From Nageia nagi (taxonomy: Eukaryota; Plantae; Pinophyta): DNA of 64,000 nt. Positions 52,277 to 64,000 of this stretch are shown here, piece by piece. Location: NCBI GenBank assembly GCA_050084985.1, contig JBITNC010000001.1:59086001-59150000 (forward strand), written 5' to 3'. Position 1 is the stretch's first letter; each line of letters begins with the position of its first letter. Made by a program: the position numbers and the translations under genes. A model generated the notes under the pieces. That model was not told where the DNA came from, made no database searches, and saw only the letters and a list, made by a program, of their open reading frames with translations.

Positions 52277-53975
52277 ACACACACACACATAGATATATAT
52301 ATATATATATCTATATATATATATATATATTATAACAACATATTACATGTAAAAAAAATCCACATCTAGTTATTTATCCATTCCCCATTTCAATTTAATT
52401 TTCTAAAAATAGTTGATAGCCTCCAAATTATACCCATTATTTGTAAATCCTAAGACCATAGTATTCCATGATCAAGTATATTATGCATTGCTTTAGTTGT
52501 TGCAAGGTACACATTAGCATTATCATCAAGTACATCAAATTTGTTTAAACTCTTCCATGTTTCTTTCAAAATATTTCAAGAAAAGATATGAGAACACAAC
52601 ATTAATAAAAGTAACTTTTATATATCTATATTGTTTACTTTTTCATCAAAGTGATGTGTAATTTTTGAATATCTTCATAAGGTTATTGTTAATTATTTTT
52701 GACTTGTTATAGATATATGTAATTTTTTTGGGCACATGGGGTGGCAAGTTTATTTTTATGAGTATGATCCTATGGTCTCTACAAATGGATCTTTTTCCTT
52801 TCCTCTATTGTAATGAAGATAGAGTGAGAAGGCACATATATATAGTTCAATATTTTCTCCTTATTGTTATCTTCATAATCTACAAGAATTGCCTCCCAAA
52901 ACCTAAATAATCATAATTCTTATACATAAAACTAAATACAACTATGAAGAATCCATAAATTTACCATATGAAATTAATACAAACTCCTCACTCTCATTGG
53001 AAATAAATGTTTATGCACTCTATGTTTTTCCTACTTTCAATCATGTGAAGGCAATCATGAATGCAAAAGTAAGTCTCATTAGTTGTACTCATTCATTTTA
53101 GCCCTCCCATTAGTTGCACTCATTCATTTTAGCCCCTCCCTTATAATATGTCTTGCAAGCTTCATTTTCAAGTATGTTGAAATCTTACACTAAATTATAG
53201 TTTTTCATCACCATGAATGATGCAAGTATATTCATACTAAAGAGTGCAATCTTGATTGTTGATTTCTTTTTAAGGTTGTATAAATGTATATTACGCTAGG
53301 GAATTACCTTGTACATGAAATATAGTTGGGAACATTAAATGATAATACATATATTCTCTCACACATTTTACCCCTTTTCAATGTACTCCTCCACACCAAG
53401 GTTTTGTACCTTATTACATTGGCTAATTTCTTTAAATAAGTGTTGTTGTTGTTATTTTTAACAACTTCAAGAGTGGACATTAACAAAAGGATGTTTGTTT
53501 TAAGCTAAATGTTGAAGTGATAAATATGACATGTATTCTAGTGTTGCAAGATCTCCATTACTAGCATCTATTATGATATTTATCTAATTTAATCCAGTCT
53601 CCACGGAGCTCTTATTACTTTGGCTTTTTCCATAGCACATAAAAAATTAAAAAAAGGACCTAATACATAGAAAATACAATATGCATTCATGTATTCATAA
53701 TATACTTGCATTAAGAATCAAATTACTAACTCCAAATTTCCTCAAAATTTTATACTATGCATATGTTAGATCAAAATTGTCTACTTGTAACTATTATTGA
53801 ATCTATTATGAATGTTTTTAAAATAATCAAGGCCTCCAAATCATACCTATTCAGTGATATATCTGGATAATCTTCTATACTCTCTAATAATACTCTAATA
53901 ATTGATTCAATACTATTAATGGTGATCACTAGAGTTTGAACAACATGCCCATGCAAGAAATCAAAAATACTTACA
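50640..53975. repeat. Mosaic of very old AT-rich repeats, probably LINE-derived
   Basis: 51060-51290 resembles 7735-7980 (ctctttcacta.acctacatgg). 51790-51945 resembles 53825-53975 (atactctctaataatactc). 31 bp tandem duplication at 53078-53140. Confidence 0.5.
52235..52330. repeat. Compound microsatellite (CA)n(TA)n
   Basis: Directly visible. Confidence 0.98.
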
Positions 53976-54012
53976 ATGTATATTATAGAACTACAAGAGT
54001 TTAAAGCTACAA

Positions 54013-57000
54013 TATGCCTCTATACTCTTTTGCAAGTAATTGATCCAATTTTGAATTTGTAGGTACAAATATTTATGCATTAATGATGCTTATGAAAGAA
54101 ATCATCTACTAAAAAATATTACCAAATATAGATAAATCTTCAACAATATTCCATCATTGGTTATGGGGAACTTTAATATATAGCTTTCAAAATATAGGAG
54201 GAAGGGAGGAGGCTCGAGGCAATATGGAGGTTCTCAGAATGTTTGTGAATGATCAATATTTTATAGATATACATATGACTAGAAATTAATTGACATGGTC
54301 AAACAACCATGAAGATGAGATATTTATCTAATGCAAATTGGATCAGGATTTGTGCTCCTTGTATTAAATAAGCCATTACCTAGATTATTCTATGAGCTAT
54401 AAGTTAAAAATAGACTTAGATCATAGCCCAATTTTTCTATCGATAAAACCATTTACAAAGAATAATTTTTCCTTCATATTTGAGATAATGTGGATTCAAC
54501 ACTAGTAGATAGAATATAGGATACAAAAATGGTGGGTGAAAAAATAAGTTCATGGAATCAAAATATATCAAGTGGAAATTAAAGTATAATTTTGAAAGAA
54601 GAAATTGAAGGAATGAAATAAGTTTATCTTTCATAATATTACAAGGAAAAAGGAGGGGATCAAGGAACAATTGGAATAGATATAAAATGTCTACCAATAA
54701 GAAAGAATAGGAAGAACAAATCTAGAAGTAGAATAGGAGAAGGAATTAGGAAAGGAATAAAGGAGGACAAGGGAATAGGAAGCTACCCATTAGATGTAGA
54801 AATCCCAAATTGATTGGTTATGTAAAGGTAACCAAAATACTCCCTTCTTCCACATAAAGACCATAAAAGCACCAAGTCTACAACAAATTAGGGGACTAGA
54901 TATGGATGATGATTCTATAATTGTATATAGAGATATGATAAAAAAGAAAAAGAAAACAAATTCTATGAAAAACTACTTGCCTCTAATCAATTAGGTGAAC
55001 CTAACTCAATACAGAAGAGCCTCAACAATATCCTTCACCTTCTAAATATTGGAGATAATGATGTTGTTACTAAATCCTTTACAGATGAGGAGATGGAAGA
55101 GGTATTTTTTAGCATGGGAAAATATAAGGCACCTAGTATATATGGATTCTCTACATTATTTGTAATACTTTTGGTACATAGTGGGAGTGGATGTAAAATA
55201 ATCAATCATGGAGTTCTAGGTGAATCGTGCCCTACTTAAAGTTGGAATGCTACCTTTTTAGCACTATTTCCAAAATGAAAATGAGCCACAAATATGAAGG
55301 ATTTTAGGTTGATAAGTTTATAGAACATAATATATGAAATTATCACCAAAATGCTAGCAAATAGGTTATAGGGACTTATTCCAAAGATAATTTCTAAAGA
55401 ACAAGATGGGTTTGTTAAACAAAGGAAAATAGGAGATGGAATAATAATGTTGCATAAATTTATTCACTCAATTCAATACAAGAATGTGATCATAATGATA
55501 ATCAAACTAAACATGTTAAAGATGTATGATGGAGTTTCATGATCCTTTCTTAATAGAATGTTAAGAAATTTGGATTCTCCAAATGGTAGAAATAGATAAG
55601 GATATGTATTTACAATACAACCTTATCAATGCTAATGAATGGGGAGATATCATGATTCTTCAATTGTTAAATGGATAATAAATAGGGGGATCCAATTTCC
55701 TTATATCAATTTTAAATGATGGTAGAGGATCTTGGGAGGTATTTAAAGAATATAAATTTTGAGGGGAAACTAAAATAAATACCCTTGGCCTATAGCTATG
55801 AAGTAGTCACACGTAAGCAATTTGTTGATGATACAATTTTAGTGGATCAATCATCCATCTAGGAAGCAAGGGAGATGAAAATGTTCCTTCAATAATATGA
55901 TAGAACCTCATATAAGAAAGTCAATTTTGATAAGACTTGGATCTTTTTCTTAAACATTGTAGAGGGAAAATAGAGACAAATTGCTAACAATTTTAACTGT
56001 GACATTGATACCTTATCAATGGTTTACCTATTAATATTGCTATTTAGTGGAAGAGTGAAAAATAAATTTTAGGACCATGTAATAGGAAGGATTAATAAAA
56101 ATATGGTCAGATGGAAAGAAACCATATTGAGCTAGGAAGGAAAACTACAAAAAGTGAAGAAAACATTGTAAAGTATTCCCATGTACTTTGCAAGTATATT
56201 AAAAATATCAACCTTGGTGGTATACAAGATTGATTAGAAATGTAGGAACTTCTTATGGACTAGAGGAGAGGAATGGAAATAGAAGAACCTAGTGGCATGG
56301 GATAAAATATGTAGAGTCAAGGTACTAAGGGGGATTGGAACTGAGAAGTATGAGATGGGTAAATCAAGGTTTCTAAATCTTAAATAACACTAAAGCTAAC
56401 CCTTGACCTAATAAAATATTGGATCAGGGTAATAAGAGAAACATACATGAAATTCATAAACAACCTATTACAAATATCAAGACCTCCCAAAGTTCAATCC
56501 TTTTGGAATGGGCTACTAGATGTTAGAGATCACTTGCAAAAAAATTAAAGTGGAAAGTAAATAAAGGATATGATGCCATGTTTTGGGAGGATCTATGGTT
56601 ATTAGAAAAATGTTAGTGGCTCACCCATAGCTAAATGGCTAAAATTTAGATTTCAAAATTTGGATCTAGCTCTATAGGCGAGTTCTACTTCGAATATGTT
56701 CACCCTGATTTTTATTTATTTTTATATTTTTATGAGAAAGTAGCCCACATATAGAATTAGTTTTGGTTTTAATATGCCTTAAAATTATAAGTTAAAAAAT
56801 ATCACTAACATAATCACCTATTACAAGGAAACACTACACACACACATATATATTTGAACATTAAAATTTGACTATAAGAAAAATAAAATATATGAATTAA
56901 GTATTTGAATGATTATTTACCTTATATTTATATATTTGGTCTTTTTATAAAAGTATAAAATGATCCAAAATTGATTTGCCTCATTTTGGAATAGATTTCA

Positions 57001-57860
57001 AAATACATCACCCTCCTATTAAAAATATATTTTTAAGTGGAGTCTTAAAATTTTCCCTGATGGCTATCACAAGCCCCTCTAGATCAATAATAATCCTTTG
57101 TAGCAAGTACATAATTGGTTAACATCCATATATGGAGAAGATCATGAGATCATATGAGTAACAAGGATCAAGAAATTAGATGGATCATCCTCTTGATACC
57201 TAATATAGATATAGAGAGAACACTACAAGAAGTTCAAAGGTAGTTGATATAATATAAATTGTATCCAACTACCAAGTTAGATAGTTTGAGTTGTATGAAA
57301 GCTAATATAGAAATTTGATGTACTACTCAGTTAAGATTCAATACTAAAAGCTAAATATAAATAAGGTGGATACAAGGAGATTCATTAGGATAAGAATCTC
57401 ACCAATGATAATCTAATAAGAAGGGAAATGATTTTTTCTAAATAGATGTGTTATGTACTATGAAGGAAAGGAAACTATGAATCACCAACTAATACATTTC
57501 CAAATTACTTCTAATATATAGAGTTCTCTATATCATGAACTAAATAGGTAATGGATCATACCATCAAATATTATATATCTAATTAAAAATGGGCTTCAGA
57601 TGGATTGAGTGCAAAGGTGTCTCAAACATGGAATATCATAATACCCCATATCTTATGGGCAATATGGAAAGAGTGAAATCACCATATATTCAAAAACTAC
57701 AACTATATAGTAGAAAATATTATTAAAAAATAATAGGATCAATAATTGAAAATATAAATGTAGACATGAGAGTAGACCCTGCATCAATCTAAGAAATCGT
57801 AGAGTTGGGAGAGTGCCTCAACATGGAGACCTCACCTTCCTACCAAGAGGATGAGGTGGA
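54013..57860 (+). mobile_element. L1 LINE copy B, lacking ORF1 and the start of ORF2
   Basis: Shares the same stops and the same 420 bp insertion (56642-57059) as copy A, so it arose by DNA duplication rather than retrotransposition. Confidence 0.92.
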
Positions 57861-57950
57861 GAGGATTTGATAAGTATCACGATGACTAAAATAACATACA
57901 AATAGGGGACTGAGGGTTTACATGTCCCTAATCATATACAATCTAGAGGA

Positions 57951-58943
57951 AAATACTAATTGAATGAGTGCTTGCAAGAAAGTTTCAAGTGATTAAACAA
58001 TAAAAATATTCAAAGAAAATTTACTTTTGAAATTATATATATTTTCAAAATGAGATACTATATTTTATTTATATTAATATTTATGATATTTATAAGTAGT
58101 ATAATACTCTTTATAATATGGATTATATTGCAATAAAAATTGAATCTTTGAATAATAACCATTTGTATTTTGTACAAAAATTGAAGTCATAAACTATATA
58201 AAATATTACTGTATGATGTCTTAGTTTGTTAGTTATTAAAAATTTATGACTTTACAAACAAATTTTATTATAATAAATATCTAGGAATCTAAATAATTGA
58301 AGTTTAAATTTCTTGAATATTATGATAACCATTTTATGGATTTTATTATAGATCCCTTATATGCTACTTTAAAGGTAATAACCCCATCATAAAGCATGTT
58401 CTAATTTAAACCAAATTAATACTATTATATATATAAGTATTATTTTATTTTTTACATTATTTAAATATTTTCATAATTAACATATGAGGTTCACAAGTTG
58501 ATCTAAAGATGGGGGCATAATTTTTTAATGGTATTTAATATAAACTTTTTAAATCTATTAATAATTTTGAAAAATCATAAAAATTGAGCAATATTAAGGG
58601 GTTATAAAATAGAAAAAAATTTATATGAAGGGAAAATAAGATATTAAAAAATCTGACATATCTAAATTAATTACATAAAGTTTAAAATGAAGTGAGGAAT
58701 TAACTTGATTATTTATGACAATTTTATCTTGCTAATTTTCCAACCCCTATCATTAGAATAAAAAATTTGGTTATCATAGGATACAACTCGCTATCAAATT
58801 GTATATTACAAACATGGATAATTTTATTATATTATAGTGTTGTATCAAGGATAAAGTTATAGAATACTTATTGCTATCCATTATTTCAAATGTATAGATA
58901 AGAAAAATAAGAATCAATAAATCAATTATCAAAATTTAAATTG
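57951..58943 (+). mobile_element. Diverged member of the AT-rich LINE-like family (copy B only)
   Basis: taggatacaactcgctatcaaattgtatattacaaacatggataatttt (about 58777) matches 8628 and 60185. ttttatcttgcta and aagaatcaataaatca are also shared. Confidence 0.6.
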
Positions 58944-61099
58944 ATAACTCAATGTTTCCATTATAAAAAGGAGAATATTTATAAATATATTGATAATTTC
59001 TTAGCTATAACATTTCATAATTTCATTCAAATTCTTGTATATAGATATTCTAAGATGAGATAAAAGAATCATTTCCATTTGTAGTTGCAAGAAGAATGCC
59101 AATTATATCTTTAGATAAGGAGAAAGAGGTAAATTAAGACCAACCTACTCTTATCTTTATATTGTGATTTAGAAGATGTCTTTTTGTCAAGTATAAGGTT
59201 TTCATAGTAGATTAAAGAAATTAAAAAATATTCAAAAGAAAATTACCTTATGCATATATTTGGGATTATATTATTTCATAAATAAGATGCATAATATAGT
59301 TTTATTATGAGTTTAATATGATAATAATGATTCATTTACTTGAAGTACTGATAACTCTCTTTCACTACACCTACATGGTCTATAATTGCAATAGGAATTG
59401 AATCTAGTTTGAAAAAACTCAATTGTATTTTTTTAAAAATTTGAGAGCCTATAAACCATATATTTCCACTCTTGGAGTGTCTTATATCTCTGTATAGCAT
59501 ATATTTCAAAAATTAGTATGCATGTCTATCAAAGCAATTTTTATAATGATATCATAGGGTATCTAATATGATGGTTTTAAATTTCCATCATAGAGAATAT
59601 TATTATGATATTTTTTTGGGTAAGTTTTATTAATTCTTGTATGATGCTTACTTTTTAAAAGGTAATTTCAAACCATCATAAAAGATCATTTCTATTTTAG
59701 AACTAGTAATTAGATTATCTATGTATATAATAGTGAGTGAAGTTAATTTATATTTTATTTACATATTTTTACAATATAGTTATAATCTAGATCAATAATT
59801 GTTGAGGTATCAACAAGGGTTAAGATGAAAATATGGAATTGAGTAAAATTTTTTTAAATATAATTTGATAATTGATAAACCTTTTATAAATTTTTATGTA
59901 ATAAATATTTGAAAGGAGATTCCTATAGAGAATTTTTTGAGCAATAATTATAGATTATAATCAATTAAGAAAAAAATTATAACTAATGCTTGGAAAGATA
60001 AGATATTTTATGGTAATCTAGACCATCATGCTAAAAATTAATTAGAATAAAAGATTTAAAATATTGATGATGTGAGGGGGGAGAGTTTTGAACTTGGATC
60101 CTCCCTTTTTGACTTGAGAGTTTTATCTTGCTACTATTCTCCAAATCCCCTCACATCCTTAGATATAGGAAAAATATGTTGATATAGGATACAAACTCGC
60201 ATATAAATTGTATATTACAAAATGGATAATTTTGATTAGTATTTTATAAGGTGATTAGTACAAGGGATAAACTTAGTAGAAAATGATTTGAACATCCTAA
60301 TTTATATGGTATATAAGAAAAATGAAGAATCAATAAATCACCTACTTATGACATGCAAAATATTTTGAAAAGTTGGTAGTAGTTTATTAGAAACTTTATA
60401 ATATAGATAAGATTATATTGAGAATGATAAAATACCTCAAAATAAATTTCAATGTATTGAACAATTTCAATTATAATTATAAATTATAATATACTTCAAC
60501 TATATAAAACTAAAAAATATAATTGAATTATGTATGAAACTATGATAATATTTTTGGGAAGATGTGTGGGGAGATTAACAATTCACATGAATTTTACACC
60601 CTTGATGCTTGAGTTCATCATGAAAATCATTGAAGAAATAGCCCTACAAATCATTTAGCAGATTCCAATACACCTCACACATATTTTGGTTGTGTGAACA
60701 TTGATCCCATATGATCTATTAAGGAAAATTGAAATTTTTTTGGAAATATCATAGCAAGGCATGGATTGTGATACAATGAGTCATTGATAACACTAAGGAT
60801 TGGATGAAAAGCATGTCAAGTGTAGGTGTCAATACCTTAGAGACAAATTAAAAATGATCATTTTCATACTTTTCTTTTGGTAATGCCCTACCTGTAAATC
60901 AACTACAACTATCCTAGGTTAGAAAGGACTAGAACCTACCAATGGGTAGGTTTTAAAGAAAGAATCTATTATGTGGGATATCCTTTGTAATGGGGGTATT
61001 TGGGAATTCATCGATTCGCTCCATGACCATGACAAAAATTGGTCTTAATAGGTTACAAAGTCGTAAGATGAAGCAAGGGTTATCATAGATAGGTAAACT

Positions 61100-62110
61100 T
61101 CACAATTAACACAAATCTAATTACAACCACTAGGGGTATGGTGAATGACGGGATTCGACACTCTAAATATGTTTACAGTTTAGAAGATGATCTCATGAAT
61201 TTCTTGGATAAGGGTGAGTCAATGCCAACTTAAATAATGTCAAGTTATAAGGTAAATTCTTTGGTTTACCCATGAAATATTGTTGCAATGGAACTATGTA
61301 AGTTATTTACTTTAGAAGGACACCACTCAGAGATTGGAGGCTACCATTTTGTGCTAATGGCCAATTTTAGGGGGAAGCTCCAAGTATACTCCCTATTTTG
61401 TATCACTCCCTTGAATCATACATTCATAGAAACAAGGGGCCATTCCCACTTACCATCAGCTTATTAAGATTTTGGTTGAATTTTCCTATAACAGAGTAGA
61501 AATTATAGCACGCTTTGATAGAGACCTCGACTCCCCCATGCTAGCCACTACCCCCTGACCCCCATGACCTCTATGCCCTCTATAACAACAACCCCCTCCT
61601 CTTCCACCTCCACCACCTCCCTTATATCCCCCACATGATCCTCTTCCATCACCTCCTTGAGATAAAACTCCTCCCTTGGATCGAGTTCATTCATCCTCTT
61701 AACACCTCTACTCTCTATCTCCCCCTAAAACCCAAGCTATGATCACCATTTCTTTTCATTCTAAGGATTCAATTAGAGATGCTATAGAGGTTTTGGCTTT
61801 GATGGTTGAGGCACAAAGTGATGAACAACTCCATGGAAGGAGTCATTTGAAAAATGTAGTGCTGTTATATCCTAAGGATCAAACTAAAGAGGCAAACATG
61901 GAAGGACAAAAGATAAAATTTAGTTATTGCTTTCCACACAAACTAACTAAATTTTGTAAGGAGGGAATGAAAGTGTAAGCTACAAAGAGTGAAAACAATC
62001 ATCAAGAGGCATCTAAAGGACACCCGATTGGATAGAAGGACTTATAGTAAGAGAATATCATTAAAGCTTGGTGGGACTTCATGGACAGGACGAAGAATGC
62101 TAAAATCAGC
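61100..62110 (+). mobile_element. Copy B of the retroelement accessory ORF remnant
   Basis: Colinear with 9540-10560. Confidence 0.5.
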
Positions 62111-63030
62111 AAAAAGGTGGGCATTTTCCTTATGTTACTGATATCTATTGTTTTTGGTTAGGATAGATGGATGGAAAATCCTTCAAAAAGGGAAGTGATA
62201 TGTAGAATACCATAGATTGTCATTTTTTTCAATGATATATCATAACAATTTTGTAAGACAAATTTTTGAACCCAGTTAATATTAATTTACCTTTCATAAA
62301 AAAAAGCATGTTAATTATTTGTAAGATAATGAAAAGTAGTATAATATATATTATATATATATATAATTTTTAATCCAAAAATTAAGAAAATCTTTTAAAT
62401 CTTTTTACAAATCATTCATATGAATAACTTCATTTTATATCTTAAATCAAAATACTTAAACAAAATATATTTATATTTTAACAACTAAAAATTATAATTG
62501 AATCATTATAAAAGCATAAATAATATGATGATAATTTTTAATAAACATATTACTAATTCTAAAAATCTTTTAAATTTTAATCAAAAACAAAAATCATTTT
62601 AAAATTTAATTCAAAATTAAAAAAATCTTTTAAACTATTTTACTCAACCTCGATATGAATCACTTTGTTTTCTCTCTCAAATCAAGATACTTAACATACA
62701 TTTAAATTGTATTAGCTATAAATAATGACCAAATCACCTATATAATGATAAATTTTAGTAAGAAAATGAAATAACCTTCTAACTTTTATTTTTAATTAAA
62801 AAAAAATGGTCTTCCATATGATAACTTCGTTTATCTCTCTTCAATCAAGATACTTAGGAAACAAAGAGAAGTACAACATAGAAACCAATTAATAATAATA
62901 AGTAGTAGTTCTTACACCACAACATACACATAGTAACAGTTTGCTAGTACCTTGTTTAGCAGAAAAATATTAGCATTCGTCGCTGATGATCTGAAAGCAG
63001 CAGCTGCTACAACTTTGGATATCCGTAAAC

Positions 63031-64000
63031 TTCAATTCCTTGGGAGTCCATGGTATGATTGAGAAAGTCCATTATATCCTATCGTTTAGGAGAAGTTTTT
63101 CTATGGTAAGCATGATCTATGGAAACGAATCAATGAACTCATCCATAATCATCTACGAAGAAGATTTTCTTGGACATCAGACTACAAATGTATTTTGAAG
63201 CATTGGACAAGTAAGCGTTTTTCTTTTCTTGATCTGAAATATGCATGTTGATGTCTTTTGTCAAAATTGAAATTTTAGATATTGTGTTTTGAATGACCTG
63301 TTCCCTGCATGTTGTGTATTCGTTGCGTGATAGTAAGGCTAAATTTACTGAAATTTATGTTATAGAAGACATGACAATAAGCATTGGTGTTATCTTTCAT
63401 ATTTTGAATTTTAAATTATGGTAGATTGATTGATAGTCTCTCAAATGTGATCATTTTATAAGGAACTGTGAAAATTATTCAACAGCTTATATGTCAACAT
63501 ATTTCAGTTTGTGTGTGTTTATTTGAAAATATGAAGGAAGGTTTACATGTTAGAGGAAGTGATCTAGATGAATTGATTGTTTCTGAAAGCATTGTACTAT
63601 GCCAGAAAGACCATCTTAAAGCTATAAACATACTTCACAAAGATCTCAAGTGTTCCCCTCTATAGATCAAGAGTTTTACAAAGAAACTATACAACTACTT
63701 ACTTTGGAAACCATCCATTAATTCTAAAAATAAGTGTTGTGTTATACTCTTTAAAACTTTTGATCTGGAGAGAAGAGTTAATTAGTGAATATTCTCAAAA
63801 GTAGTTGTGTGATTCCCTCGTAAAACTATTGATCTAGGAGGAAAACGCTTTGAGATGCTTATGAAGTAGTTTTATAGCTGGTCTTTCCTGCATAATACAA
63901 ACCTTTTAAAACAATCAATTTTTCTATATCACTTCCTCTAAATTATAAACCTTTCTCTAAATCTTCAAAGAGACATGTAAAAATAAATTATGTTACTATA
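63031..64000 (-). ncRNA. Second copy of the candidate hairpin RNA locus (truncated by the window end)
   Basis: Left arm 63031-63700, loop, and right arm from 63799. Nearly identical to 11478-12450. Confidence 0.62.

Larger units (their letters stand above)
54013..64000 (+). repeat. Segmental duplication, copy B (runs off the window)
   Basis: Colinear with 2400-12450 except 57951-58943. Confidence 0.97.

Noticed and set aside
54013-57860. Independent retrotransposition of a second L1 copy
   Set aside because: It shares stops, the internal insertion and kilobases of flanking non-LINE sequence with copy A, so it is a DNA-level duplication.

Overview
This is AT-rich eukaryotic DNA (roughly 70% AT by eye) from a large plant genome, probably gymnosperm-like (inferred from the TE families and the strong CpG and CHG depletion). 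Most of it is a nested graveyard of decayed transposons: two L1 LINEs, a Copia element inserted into a hAT-type transposase, Gypsy fragments, a plant mobile domain remnant and arrays of palindromic GATGATCATC/GATGAGCATC repeats. I found no intact protein-coding gene. The exception is a CpG-retaining island at about 11.1-14.5 kb, which holds a long imperfect inverted repeat (11633-12149 with 12249-12724, plus a distal stem 11478-11603 with 13606-13736), predicted GT-AG splice sites and a promoter-like region. It looks like a long hairpin-RNA or small-RNA precursor made by inverted duplication of a gene fragment. The block 2.4-12.45 kb is repeated in direct orientation about 51.6 kb downstream (54.0-64.0 kb, running off the window). 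Between the copies the hairpin core is better conserved than the flanking TEs and shows one compensatory G:C to A:U change. All alignments and identities were done by hand and are approximate.
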